From: an uncultured delta proteobacterium | GTDB taxonomy: Bacteria > Desulfobacterota > Binatia > Binatales > Binataceae | DNA: 64,000 nt | Assembly (NCBI GenBank): GCA_963711565.1 | Contig: CAVQEQ010000002.1 | Coordinates: 64,001 to 128,000 of the forward strand | Direction of reading: 5' to 3' | In this document: positions 21,382-31,068 of the stretch, in pieces | How positions within the stretch are numbered: position 1 is the stretch's first letter | Layout: every line of letters starts with the position of its first letter | Translations under genes and position numbers: made by a program | The notes under the pieces: generated by a model | Seen by the model: only the letters and a program-made list of their open reading frames with translations | Database searches by the model: none | Told to the model about the DNA's origin: nothing

Positions 21382-22345
21382 CTACTTCTTCATATCGGAA
21401 AGAAAATCGAGGATCGCCGCGTTCACTTCGGCCGGCTTCTCCTGCTGCGTCCAATGACCGGAACCCTTGACCAGCACGGTCTTGCGCAGGTTCGGCACCC
21501 AGGTCTTCATCCCTTCGGCCATCTCGGGCCGCAGCACAACGTCGCGCTCGGCGGTGATCATCAGCGCGGGCTGCTCGATGCGATCGGTCTGGCCAGGCGC
21601 TCTCCTCCCAGCTCCGATCGATGCATCGATACCAGTTCAGGCCGCCCCGAAAGCCGCTCTTCTTGAACGCGCGCACGAAGACGTCGAAGTCCGCGTCGGT
21701 GAGAAACTTCCCATGCGGACGATCGGCGAATCGATCGAGCAGGCCGCCGCCGGCCGGTCCGAAGACTCCCGGTACTGACTTGCGAATCTCGCTCGGATCG
21801 ATTTCCGGCGGGTCCTGGTAGAAGCCGCGCAGCGAGCGGGCAACGTCGCGTTCGAGTTCCACCTCCGCAACGCCGGGCGTTTGAAAATAGAGAATGTAGT
21901 GGAAGCCGCCCGCCGCCATCGCGCGCATCGCATCGGTGGGCTTTACCGGCGAGCGTGGGATGAAAGGCGTGTTGATGCCGATCACGCGCTCGACGCTGTC
22001 GCGGGCCATCAGCGCGGTATTCCACGCGACCATGCCGCCCCAATCGTGACCGACGATCACGCACTTGCCGATTCCCAGCGCGTCGAGCATGCCGACGATG
22101 TCGGCGACCAGCTTGCGCTGGGTGTACGCGTCGATCGCCGCTGGCGCCTCGGTCTCGCCGTAGCCGCGCTGGTCGGGCGCGATCGCGCGAAAGCCGGCCT
22201 CGGCCATCGCCTTCATCTGATGGCGCCACGAGTACCACATCTCGGGAAAGCCGTGGCAGAACACCACCGGAAAGCCCTCGCCCGTCTCCGCCACGTGCAT
22301 GTTGATGCCGTTGGTGCGGACGAAGGCGTGCTTGATTTCACTCAT
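21382..22345 (-). CDS. epoxide hydrolase-like alpha/beta hydrolase, apparent frameshift near 21596
   Basis: HGFPE, GHDWG; the C-terminus (QPALMITAERD...GHWTQQEKP...MKK*) continues in a shifted frame. Confidence 0.85.
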
Positions 22346-22416
22346 TGCGTGAACCTCGAAATTCTTGTGGCAGCATCGGGACGACTTATGCTCTCGGCTT
22401 CAATACAGTGAAACGC

Positions 22417-22575
22417 TCGCCAGTTCCTGATTTTGAGAACCAGTAAGCGCGTTTCGCCACCGCCGCTGGAATAACAGCAATTCCGCGAACGCCGCCCTAT
22501 GCTTTCCCTCTCGACAACATGACGCTCGTTTGCGTGAACGAGTCCGATCAACATGGAGGAACACCCGATGAGCCG
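22417..22575 (+). repeat. diverged duplicate of phyH 3' end, downstream promoter and start of ferritin-like gene
   Basis: 22417-22474 matches 21321-21378 at 43/58 ungapped; the rest matches 24898-25006 (GCCCTATGCTTT, ACGCTCGTTT, TGGAGGAACACC-GATGAGCCG). Confidence 0.85.
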
Positions 22576-23090
22576 TTCCGACCGCCCGACATTGCGGGTG
22601 AGGTCAACGCGAAACTCTGGGCCAATCCCAGGAATTCCTCGCGAAGAACCTTGGCTGGCTCGAACGCGCCAGCTAGATGCGAGAGTTGGTCTTGAAGCGT
22701 AACCGCCGGTCCGAGCGCGTCGGCGAGTTCGCTCAAATGTTCGGCGAACGACGCGCAAAGCCGTTTGAGTTTCTCATCGAGAGCCTCCAGCGGAGCAAAC
22801 TGGTTCGGGACCGGACGAAGGCGTTCCTGGAAGTTGTGCATTGACTCTAGCACTCTGGCGAGGTCGCTGACCTGCATCGCGAACTTGCGTAACTCGGCAA
22901 ACACGTTTGCCAGCTTGCCGAGCCGCTGCATCGGTTCGCGAAAAGACGCGATACGAGCGAGCTGCGCTTGCAAGGGCTCGATTTGGTCAAAAACTGCCGA
23001 TACCGCCGGTCTGGCCTGAAACGCGTTGGAATCTTCCCGCTCGTTTGAAGGCGGCCCGTATAGGTCGGCTTTGATATCAAACAGTATCAT
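22548..23090 (-). CDS. hypothetical helical-repeat protein, paralog 1
   Basis: Colinear similarity to 23395-23856 and 24166-24510; RBS GGAAGG. Confidence 0.7.
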   Translation of the reverse strand: MILFDIKADLYGPPSNEREDSNAFQARPAVSAVFDQIEPLQAQLARIASFREPMQRLGKLANVFAELRKFAMQVSDLARVLESMHNFQERLRPVPNQFAPLEALDEKLKRLCASFAEHLSELADALGPAVTLQDQLSHLAGAFEPAKVLREEFLGLAQSFALTSPAMSGGRNGSSGVPPC

Positions 23091-23394
23091 CGTGCCTTCC
23101 CTGGTGCTTTTCCCACAATCGCACACTCGCGCGGCACTTCGCGCCAGGAAAAATATGCGGACCGGCGTTCACTTGGCGACAGCGGATGCCGCCGATTCAA
23201 CATCGTCTTAATCGAGGAAGGATGGCAGATTGCCCCAGCATGCCGCGAACGCGCGCGTGCTGCAATGATTCCCGTTTCCCTAGTTTCGCCGGCGTCTCGC
23301 TACGTATCCATTCGGCCTTTTCGCCTGTTGCCGGCATCTCCGGTTCGATTCTCTGGCAGGGGACCACTGACTTACGGGACCGCCTGCTTCGATC

Positions 23395-23856
23395 TTACTG
23401 GGGCAGGTCCGTCGGGCTGCGCTCGAAAATTTGAGCCAGCGCAGAGAATTCCTCGCGAAGAGCCTTGGCCGGCTCAAATTCAGTACACAGATGGGCGAGT
23501 CGATCCTGAAGAGCTGCAGCGGGCTCGAGAGCCGCGGCGAGTTGGCACAGACTTTCGCGGAACGACAAGCAGAGCTGGCTGAGTTCCTGGTCGAGCGTTT
23601 CCAGCGGTGAGAATTGCTTCAACACCTGCTGAAGTTGGTGCTGGAAGGTGTGCATCGGCGCGAGCACTTTAGCCAGGTCCCTGATCCGTTCCTCGAACTC
23701 GCGCAGAGGTTCGAACACGCTTGCAAGCTCAGAGAGCTGCTGTATCGGTTCGAGGATAACTACGATCTGCGCCAACTGCTCCTGGAGCGGTCCGATCTGA
23801 TCGAAGATCGTCGATACCGCCAGACCGGGCTCAAATGAAGTCCGCTGAGTTGCCAT
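23395..23856 (-). CDS. hypothetical helical-repeat protein, paralog 2
   Basis: Proline-punctuated amphipathic repeats (FEPL, LAPM, FSPL, FEPA). Confidence 0.75.
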   Translation of the reverse strand: MATQRTSFEPGLAVSTIFDQIGPLQEQLAQIVVILEPIQQLSELASVFEPLREFEERIRDLAKVLAPMHTFQHQLQQVLKQFSPLETLDQELSQLCLSFRESLCQLAAALEPAAALQDRLAHLCTEFEPAKALREEFSALAQIFERSPTDLPQ

Positions 23857-24165
23857 CTTAATCCGTCCCTGGCTTTTTTGGTGGCTAATCGTTGCAGTCG
23901 AAACTGCAGCGCGCCTTGAGACTAATTGTGGAAGACATAGAGTTCCTATCGTTTTAAGTGCCTACTGAAGTATAAAAATGCGTCAAATAGGCAACACAAA
24001 GTAGCTTTAGCGATCTTGCCAGCATCGTATAATACATCCATCTCTCGCAAGCCGCAGTGTCGCGACAATCCACAGGGGCCAAGTTGCTATTGCTGTGCCC
24101 TGACGCCAAGGTACGAACCAATCGACGGTCAATAAAAGTGGCTGTGGTTGGGAGGATAGACTCGA

Positions 24166-24510
24166 ATGGCAGATCAGCAGATTTCGTTTCACCCCACGCT
24201 CGCGGTAGAGGCGGTGTTTGAGCAGGTAAAGCCGCTTCAAGATCAACTCGCTCAGATAGCGTCGATTCTGGGACCCATAGGACAGCTTTCGGAGCTTGGG
24301 AGTGTGTTTGAACCGCTGCGCCAGTTTGGGGCGGAAATCAGGGATTTAGCCAAACTGCTTGAACCGATGCGCAGTTTCCAAGACCAGCTCCGACAGGTTC
24401 TGAATCAATTCGGCCCCCTGCAAGCTCTGGATCAGGAACTCGATCAACTTTCTGAAGGGTTCTGCCAAAGCCTAAGCCAGCTTGCCGCTGCGCTCGAGCC
24501 GGCAAAGTGA
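24166..24510 (+). CDS. hypothetical helical-repeat protein, paralog 3 (C-terminally shorter)
   Basis: RBS GGAGG; aligns to paralog 2 up to LAAALEPA. Confidence 0.72.
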   Translation: MADQQISFHPTLAVEAVFEQVKPLQDQLAQIASILGPIGQLSELGSVFEPLRQFGAEIRDLAKLLEPMRSFQDQLRQVLNQFGPLQALDQELDQLSEGFCQSLSQLAAALEPAK

Positions 24511-24773
24511 GTGCTGCTTCGGTAAGCGCAGGTGCGAGCATACCAGGCGGAACCACAGGAACAGTCAGAGAGATGCTATCGAAGGGCTTAACCAGTGTTC
24601 CACCCGAACAAACGTTTCAGAAGATTGTTGCGGGGCAGCTCAAGTTCGGGATTTGGGGAACTGTCACCTATACTGACGTTCTGAAGGAGAAACATCAGGA
24701 GAACTTTGAGTACTTTTGGGATCGCAACTTTCCGAACGCTTGCCTGTTCACCGTAGTTGCGCACACCCAGTGA
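24507..24773 (+). pseudogene. probable C-terminal fragment of an unrelated gene
   Basis: No clear RBS; reads like a protein tail (GIWGTVTYTDVLKEKHQENFEYFW). Confidence 0.35.
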
Positions 24774-24817
24774 ATAGAGTCCGACCCCACAATCTCGATA
24801 CCACCGGTACCGATAGA

Positions 24818-24867
24818 CCTGGCTTCTGAAAAACGGCGAACGCGTCTCGCCACCGCCGCAACAGTGA
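24818..24867 (+). repeat. third copy of phyH 3' end
   Basis: Encodes LKNGERVSPPPQQ* versus LKNGAPVSPPPLQ*; 35/44 nt identical. Confidence 0.85.
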
Positions 24868-24902
24868 TAATCGATGGCGCGCGGGCGCTAAGAAAACCGC
24901 AA

Positions 24903-24932
24903 TTGACACGTCCGCGGACGCTGCCCTATGCT
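24903..24932 (+). promoter_or_regulatory. sigma70-type promoter with palindrome in the spacer
   Basis: TTGACA-18 nt-TATGCT; spacer contains CGTCCGCGGACG. Confidence 0.55.
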
Positions 24933-24998
24933 TTGGGTTTCAGGAGACTGAACGCTCGTTTAATGAGAACGGGTTCAAACCAATGTGGAGGAACACCG

Positions 24999-25646
24999 AT
25001 GAGCCGCGATTTTGAATTCCAACAACTGCTGCGAGCCTATCGCAAAGGAATAATTTCGCAGTCAACGTTTGAGTCCGAGATGGCGTCGCTCGAAGCCGCT
25101 GCGCCCACCACCAACGGCAACGGCAATGGCGGCGCCGGCTTCAAGGCGTTCGGCCGCACTTACAAATCCGAGCGCGCGGCAGTGGTCAGTTTTCTCGACA
25201 AGGTTCGCGTGGGCGAGGCCAATGGCGGCGAAGCGTTCGCGGCGTGGGCCGAAGTCTGCACCACCGATTGCATCCGCACCGGCATTCGCATCGTCGCCGA
25301 GCGCGAGGCCTATCATTCGCGAGTCTTCGCGCAGCGGCTGGCGGAACTCGGCGGTGAGGCGCGCGCGATGACGTCCGAAGCCGGGCGCAAGGCAACCGCC
25401 TATCTAGGCAACCCATCGATTCCCGACAACGAAAAGCTGCTCGATTTCACCAAGCGCGTCGGCAAGCCCGAAGATGCGATCAAACCCATCTGCGAGTTCG
25501 CCGCACTGCTGAAGGAAGATCTCTCGACCAAGGAAGCGTTGCGGCTGTTCGCCGAAGACGAGCTCTCGACGGCGAAATGGATCTGGGATTCATGCGCCGC
25601 GCTTAACGCGCCCAGGCGGGATGCGTCAGCGTCAGCATCGATGTAG
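24999..25646 (+). CDS. ferritin-like domain protein with short N-terminal SHOCT-like helix pair
   Basis: RBS GGAGG; GEANG...EREAYH (ExxH)...EDELST; N-terminal YRKGIISQSTFESE. Confidence 0.7.
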   Translation: MSRDFEFQQLLRAYRKGIISQSTFESEMASLEAAAPTTNGNGNGGAGFKAFGRTYKSERAAVVSFLDKVRVGEANGGEAFAAWAEVCTTDCIRTGIRIVAEREAYHSRVFAQRLAELGGEARAMTSEAGRKATAYLGNPSIPDNEKLLDFTKRVGKPEDAIKPICEFAALLKEDLSTKEALRLFAEDELSTAKWIWDSCAALNAPRRDASASASM

Positions 25647-25670
25647 TTATTCCGATCGGATTGAAGCTAC

Positions 25671-25702
25671 GAGCGGGGCCCCAACGGACCCCGCTCTTTT
25701 TT
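25671..25702 (+). terminator. intrinsic terminator
   Basis: GAGCGGGG/CCCCGCTC stem plus TTTTTT between convergent genes. Confidence 0.75.
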
Positions 25703-25721
25703 ATCTTCAGATTTGTGCGAC

Positions 25722-26543
25722 TCAATGCGCCGCCGGCGCCGCGCCTGCGGCTGGTGCGCCCGCAGCCGGCGCCATCTTCATCGCCCCCGGCTTCATCATC
25801 ATTCCGCCCGGTCCCGGCAGATCTCGCTTGGTGTAGTCCGACGGCACCGTGAAATCGGCGTCTGCCAGCTTCTTCGATTCGATCTTCTCGACCACCGTGC
25901 TGGTCATCACCGGCGGACGTTTCGCCATCATCTCGTTGATCTTTTCCGCCTGATCCGGCGCCATCCCCGGGATGTTGACCTTGCCCATCTTCATCGTCGA
26001 GTTCAGCGCGAGCGGCACTCCGCGCGGAATCTCGCCATGAGCCGTAGTGGTGCCCGTGCTCTTGAGCTTGTCCGCCATATTTTTCTCGAACGCCGCGAAC
26101 TCCTCGGCGCCGGGTGCGGTGGTCGAGAAACATTCCTTGATCGTGTAGTCGCCCGCCATCATGTGGCCGCCACCGTCGTAGTCGCTGCACTTGTAGCCGG
26201 CGACGTCGCGCGTGCTGCCTGCCTTTTTGAAGTTCATCGCCGCATTAGTGCTCGCGGCCATCATCGCCGCCATCTGCCCCTGCGGCGGGAACTCGATCTC
26301 GAAGTAAGTCTTCGCCTTCGGATCGAGCACGTACATTTTGCCGTTGTCGAGGTCGGTTATGATCGTGTGACGTTCGGTCACCATCTTCTGCTTGTTGCCC
26401 TGCACCGAAATCGTTTGTTCGGAGTCGCGAGCGTTGGTGCCGCTGGTCACGTGCTGCTTCTGCGTTATGACGACCCCGGCGGCCGCGGGCAGCGCGGTCA
26501 TTGCGAGCGTCATCCCCGCAACCAGGGCGGTTAATTTCCTCAT
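25722..26543 (-). CDS. secreted DUF4412-like protein
   Basis: Signal peptide; KMYVLDPKAKTY, VAGYKC, DFTVPSDY. Confidence 0.75.
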   Translation of the reverse strand: MRKLTALVAGMTLAMTALPAAAGVVITQKQHVTSGTNARDSEQTISVQGNKQKMVTERHTIITDLDNGKMYVLDPKAKTYFEIEFPPQGQMAAMMAASTNAAMNFKKAGSTRDVAGYKCSDYDGGGHMMAGDYTIKECFSTTAPGAEEFAAFEKNMADKLKSTGTTTAHGEIPRGVPLALNSTMKMGKVNIPGMAPDQAEKINEMMAKRPPVMTSTVVEKIESKKLADADFTVPSDYTKRDLPGPGGMMMKPGAMKMAPAAGAPAAGAAPAAH

Positions 26544-27592
26544 AGCGATTGCTCTCCTTGTGCTCGTTGCATTTTCATCACAGCGTCGCGTCCGGCCGGC
26601 GCGGCACCCTTAACATCACTCCGCTGCCGCACGATCATCCGATGGATCATCAGGGCCAGCAGTCCGAACAACACCCATACCATTTCCTTGATGCGGCGCA
26701 GAAACCCCACGACGAAGCCGATTCCCGGCGGATAACCCAGCATCCCGAGGATCAGCGCCTTGCCACCCTCCTGGCTCACCAGCTTGGCTGGGATCAGGAA
26801 GGTCGCGCGTTCGATCAGCAGCCCGACCGACTCGACCAGCAGCGCGGTTTGTAAGGTCGCCGGCTGATGCAACAGCCGCAGCAGGATATAAATTTCGAGC
26901 GGGCCGAGACTCCACGCGAACGCGTAACAGAGGCACGACAACACGAACCGGCCGCGGTTGCGCGCGTAGAAGTCGAGCAGCACCGCGTCGGCCTCGTCGG
27001 CTGAGTCGCGGATTTCGTCGGTGTTGACGCGCGCGATATCGAGCCTGGTCGCGGCACGCCACAGATGCGAGAACGGCCGCTTCATCTGCACGAAAAAGAA
27101 CCCGCCAGCCAGCGCAACCGCCAGCGCGAACCCGCCCACGATCGCCCAGTACAGGTCGGCAGCTACCGGTATCATGCGCAGCGAAATTACCAGCGCGATC
27201 GACATAAACACGATTTGTCCGATCGCTTCCGCCAGCGACGCGACCACCACCGTCGCCAGCCCAACGGGCATCCGCAGTTTCTCGCGCACGTCCACCGCCA
27301 TCACGAACTGCCCGCCGAGCTGCGCCGACGGCGTCACATAATCGACCGCCTCGCCGCCGATTCGCGCCGCAAACAGCTCGACAAACTTTAGCGTGGGCGG
27401 ATAGTCCTCAATCGTGACCCGCCAGCCGAACGTATTCGCGATTCGGGCAATCGACTCCAGCGAAATCGTCAGCACCAGCCCCCATCCGGCAATCCGTACG
27501 TAGCCAAGCACCTGCCGCGGACCATAATGAGTCAGGAACCAGGCGTAGAACGCGATCGCTATTAGTATGAAAATTGTCTCGACGCGGCGCAT
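26540..27592 (-). CDS. lysylphosphatidylglycerol synthase TM/flippase-like membrane protein
   Basis: Multiple TM helices; GEAVDYVTPSAQLGG; QEGG; RRIKE. Confidence 0.8.
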   Translation of the reverse strand: MRRVETIFILIAIAFYAWFLTHYGPRQVLGYVRIAGWGLVLTISLESIARIANTFGWRVTIEDYPPTLKFVELFAARIGGEAVDYVTPSAQLGGQFVMAVDVREKLRMPVGLATVVVASLAEAIGQIVFMSIALVISLRMIPVAADLYWAIVGGFALAVALAGGFFFVQMKRPFSHLWRAATRLDIARVNTDEIRDSADEADAVLLDFYARNRGRFVLSCLCYAFAWSLGPLEIYILLRLLHQPATLQTALLVESVGLLIERATFLIPAKLVSQEGGKALILGMLGYPPGIGFVVGFLRRIKEMVWVLFGLLALMIHRMIVRQRSDVKGAAPAGRDAVMKMQRAQGEQSL

Positions 27593-27718
27593 CGGCAGGT
27601 AGGGGCCGCCAATAGGGCCGGGCGGCAACCGATGCATTGTTTCAGTCGCGCCCCACCTGCGCAACCCGAAATGCGCGAGTTATCCGCCGGTCTTACGGCG
27701 CAGGAAACCCTACACTGC

Positions 27719-27770
27719 GTGCAGGGGTCACCCCTGCCCAGGGAAGTGTGAAACCCACGGTGGGTTTCAC
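27719..27770 (-). repeat. REP-like family A copy 3 (inverted)
   Basis: Reverse complement of the copy 2/copy 4 consensus. Confidence 0.85.
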
Positions 27771-27799
27771 GTTAAATTAAGTAGTCCCATCCTCTCTAA

Positions 27800-28915
27800 T
27801 TACGGTTCCCCACCCTGCTGGAACAATCGCATCAGCTCCTCGACCGTTGCCGGCGCCTTGCGCGCCGTCTCGGTTGTGTCGCGCACGTGATCGACCGACT
27901 TCATCCCGACCAGCGCCACATCCACGCCCGGCGTCGAACGTACGAACTGAACCGAGCGCTGCGCATCCGTCGCGAAACCGCTGAATGCATTCGCGACTAT
28001 TGGCGGCAACCCGCGCGATAGCTGCCCCTGCAGCAGCGACGCGCTCGCGCAAACCGCAAGCCCGAACGCCTTCGCCGCCGCCAGCGTCGTCGCCTTGCCG
28101 GCATGCACGAATTGGTTCGAGCGCGTGACCGCCTCGGGCATCGCGAGATTGTACGGCAACTGGATCGCGCGAAAATGATGCGCGTCGCCGGCGACCTCGC
28201 GCGCGATTCTCATCAGCTCGTCGAGCGACAGCCATCCGCGCTCGGTCTGCGCCGCGCGGAAGCCGTTCCACGTCGCCGTCCCGTACACGCCGATCTTGCC
28301 GTCGGCCACCGCAGTTTCAAGGAACTCTAAAATCGTCGCGATGCGCGCCAGGAACTCTTTGCGCTCGATCGCTTCGAGCTGAGTCTCGGGATTGTGAATA
28401 TAGTAGATGTCGATCGTCTCGAGATTGAGATTCTTGCGCGACAGTTCGAGCATCGTGCCGATATACTTCGGCGTCATGCAATGCGACCCGTCGACCAAAT
28501 CGGCGGGCGCGACGATCCCCGTCTTCACGTAATGCTCTTCGAACCACGCGCGCGGACTGGCGGGCACCTCGCCGTCAAACGTGATGTAACCGCCCTTGGT
28601 CGCGACGACCACCTGCTCGCGCGCGATCTCGCCCGCCGCCACCAGCTCGCCAATCGCCGTCCCGATATTCCGTTCGCTGCGCTGGAAGCGGTAGTTCACC
28701 GCGGTATCGATCAAATTGATCCCGCCGCGGATGCTCGCCTTGATCGCCTCCTCGTAAGCGCGATCGGTCTCGTCGTCGGGCTCGCCCAGGTAGGTGCCAA
28801 TTCCGATCGATGAAACCGACACTCCGAGCGCCGGCCGGAAATTTCCCGGCAGCGTCGGAAAGCGGCTCGCGTATGCTGCGCTAGCGTCGGCGGTCGCGCG
28901 CCCTTTGAGCATCAT
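27800..28915 (-). CDS. aldo/keto reductase
   Basis: GIGTYLG, IDTAVNY, ATKGG, DIYYIHNPE. Confidence 0.88.
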   Translation of the reverse strand: MMLKGRATADASAAYASRFPTLPGNFRPALGVSVSSIGIGTYLGEPDDETDRAYEEAIKASIRGGINLIDTAVNYRFQRSERNIGTAIGELVAAGEIAREQVVVATKGGYITFDGEVPASPRAWFEEHYVKTGIVAPADLVDGSHCMTPKYIGTMLELSRKNLNLETIDIYYIHNPETQLEAIERKEFLARIATILEFLETAVADGKIGVYGTATWNGFRAAQTERGWLSLDELMRIAREVAGDAHHFRAIQLPYNLAMPEAVTRSNQFVHAGKATTLAAAKAFGLAVCASASLLQGQLSRGLPPIVANAFSGFATDAQRSVQFVRSTPGVDVALVGMKSVDHVRDTTETARKAPATVEELMRLFQQGGEP

Positions 28916-28935
28916 GCAGTGTCTCCCATGAATTG

Positions 28936-29328
28936 TTACGACGAAAAAGATTGCGGACTGATCGTCGGTTCGTAGAGCGCCTGGATCACGTTGCCGTCCG
29001 GATCGCGAATATAGAACGACACCGAGCCGTCGCGATGATGCTTGAGTTCGTGCACGATCTCGACGCCGATGCTCTTCGCCCAGGCGTACCCAGCCTCAAC
29101 ATCGGCGATCGTCGGCACGATAAACCCGAGATGGTCCAGGCGCTGCGCGTCGCCGCCGTGATCGCCGCGATGCAGTGCGACGTTGTCGCATCCCGAGCTC
29201 AGGTATGCGTTGTCCGCGTCGGGCTGCCACACCAGCTTCATCCCGAACACGCGAACGTAGAAATCCTTCGCGCGCTCAACGTCGGAAACCTTGAGCGCCA
29301 GATGACGCATGCCGCGATTTTTGATCAA
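28936..29328 (-). CDS. VOC/glyoxalase family protein
   Basis: HLALKVSD, LDHLGF, FYIRDPDGN; TTG start overlaps the upstream stop. Confidence 0.85.
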   Translation of the reverse strand: MIKNRGMRHLALKVSDVERAKDFYVRVFGMKLVWQPDADNAYLSSGCDNVALHRGDHGGDAQRLDHLGFIVPTIADVEAGYAWAKSIGVEIVHELKHHRDGSVSFYIRDPDGNVIQALYEPTISPQSFSS

Positions 29329-29966
29329 CTCTTTGCCTCGCGCGTCTTGTAACCCACCACCGCCCAAATCGGATCCGACGGCGGCGCGGTCGGCGCGCTG
29401 CGATCGATGAAATCTATATTCTCAAACGCGCCGCACTCCATAAAGTAGCTGCCGACCAGCTTGCCGTGGTCGTAGTCGTCGAGACTTTGCCAAATCGCGA
29501 CCGCCTTCGTCGGGAACATCCGGTTCGAGAACGTTGCGACGAACGGCGCGCCCGGCTTGAGCACCCGCCCGACTTCCGCGAACGTTTCGAGTGGCCGCGT
29601 CATATATTGCACCGAGACCGTCACCACCGCGCCGTCGAATTCGTCGGCGGCGAACGGCAGCCTCGGCTCGCGATTCAGATTGTGGATGACGACCTCGGTG
29701 AGCGCCGGATTATTTTCCATCTCCGCGCGATTCATCCCCAGCCCAACGACTCGCGACGGCCTGATGTGCGCCGGCAGATGCGACCGCCAACTGCTCATCA
29801 GGTCGAGGATCGCGCCGCCTTGCGGCAGCAGTTGCGCGTAAATCTCGCCGACCTTCGCGATTGCGCCGTCGTCGATATGAGTGACGAGCCGCGGGACCGA
29901 GTAAAATACCTCATCATCGTCGTCATCGACGCGCCTGAAGAAATCGGCGGGAAGTTGTCTCGGCAT
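29325..29966 (-). CDS. methyltransferase type 11
   Basis: PRLVTHIDD, LDLMSSWRSH, FSNRMFPTKA. Confidence 0.88.
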   Translation of the reverse strand: MPRQLPADFFRRVDDDDDEVFYSVPRLVTHIDDGAIAKVGEIYAQLLPQGGAILDLMSSWRSHLPAHIRPSRVVGLGMNRAEMENNPALTEVVIHNLNREPRLPFAADEFDGAVVTVSVQYMTRPLETFAEVGRVLKPGAPFVATFSNRMFPTKAVAIWQSLDDYDHGKLVGSYFMECGAFENIDFIDRSAPTAPPSDPIWAVVGYKTREAKS

Positions 29967-30164
29967 GGCTGAAATCCTGTTTTGGAGCCCTGTTGATAGG
30001 TTGAATTTATCGTTCAAAATTAGCTATTTATCGCAATTCTACGAAATCTTACGGAGCATCGTTGACAGACTTCGATTAGGTCACTTAAAGTAAAACACTT
30101 TTACATACTGCGCTGCAGCTCTCGTACTTCGAGTCGCCGCGTAGATACTGAAAAAACTGAAAAA

Positions 30165-30947
30165 ATGGTCCGACGCGATAAAACCAACTACGTAATTCAA
30201 TCCGTCGCGCATGCGCTCGACGTGCTCGAACAGTTCTTCGGCGACGTCGATGAACTCGGCGTTACGGAACTTTCCAAGCGGCTCAAGCTGCATAAGAACA
30301 ACGTCTTCCGATTGCTCGCGACCCTCGAAGCGCGCGGTTACATCGAACAAAATAAGGCCACCGAGAATTATCGCCTCGGCATCAAGTGCCTGCACCTCGG
30401 TCGCCGTTACATCCATCATATGGGCCTCGTGAGGCAAGCGCGCCCGATCCTCGCCGATGTGGCAAAGAAATGCCGCGAAAGCGCGTACGTCGCAATCGTG
30501 CGGCGCGACGGCGTCGTCCCGCTCGAAGCCGCCGAGGCCGAAGATCGCGCCGTGCGCATCACCCCGCCCATCGGAATCACGCTGCCGCTCCATTGTACCG
30601 CGGCCGGCAAGGCGCATCTCGCCTTCGACGCCGAGGAGCAGCTCAAATCCGCCCTACCCGAGTCGCTGAAGCGTTATACGGATCGGACGATCGTCGATCG
30701 CGCAATCCTGCTCGCGCAGCTCGAAGCAGTCGCGCGCGACGGCTACGCCGTCAACTCGGGCGAGTTCATCGAAGAAGTCTCATCGGTCGCAGTCCCGATT
30801 CGCGACTACACCCGCTCAGTCGTCGGCTCAGTCGCAGTCGCGGGCCCAAGTTATCGTATCGGCCCCGAACGCATCACCGCCGAAATCGCCCCAAGCCTCC
30901 TCGAAGCCAGCCGCGAACTCTCCCACCGCCTCGGCTACAACGAGTAA
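30165..30947 (+). CDS. IclR family transcriptional regulator
   Basis: IQSVAHALDVLE HTH, PLHCTAAGKA, VAVPIRD. Confidence 0.92.
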   Translation: MVRRDKTNYVIQSVAHALDVLEQFFGDVDELGVTELSKRLKLHKNNVFRLLATLEARGYIEQNKATENYRLGIKCLHLGRRYIHHMGLVRQARPILADVAKKCRESAYVAIVRRDGVVPLEAAEAEDRAVRITPPIGITLPLHCTAAGKAHLAFDAEEQLKSALPESLKRYTDRTIVDRAILLAQLEAVARDGYAVNSGEFIEEVSSVAVPIRDYTRSVVGSVAVAGPSYRIGPERITAEIAPSLLEASRELSHRLGYNE

Positions 30948-30953
30948 TCAAAT

Positions 30954-31007
30954 GTGAAACCCGCCGTGGGTTTCACGCTTCCCTGGGCAGGGGTGACCCC
31001 TGCACCC
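30954..31007 (+). repeat. REP-like family A copy 4
   Basis: GTGAAACCCGCCGTGGGTTTCAC plus GCAGGGGTGACCCCTGCACCC. Confidence 0.85.
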
Positions 31008-31068
31008 AGTGTTAAGGAAGATGCGGAACTCCGTCCCTCTTAGAACTCTTTTGTGTGTGATTCTGACT

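Noticed and set aside
23857-24165. Invertible promoter between the divergent paralogs 2 and 3
   Set aside because: No clean inverted repeats or recombinase seen; the paralogs are too diverged to support it.
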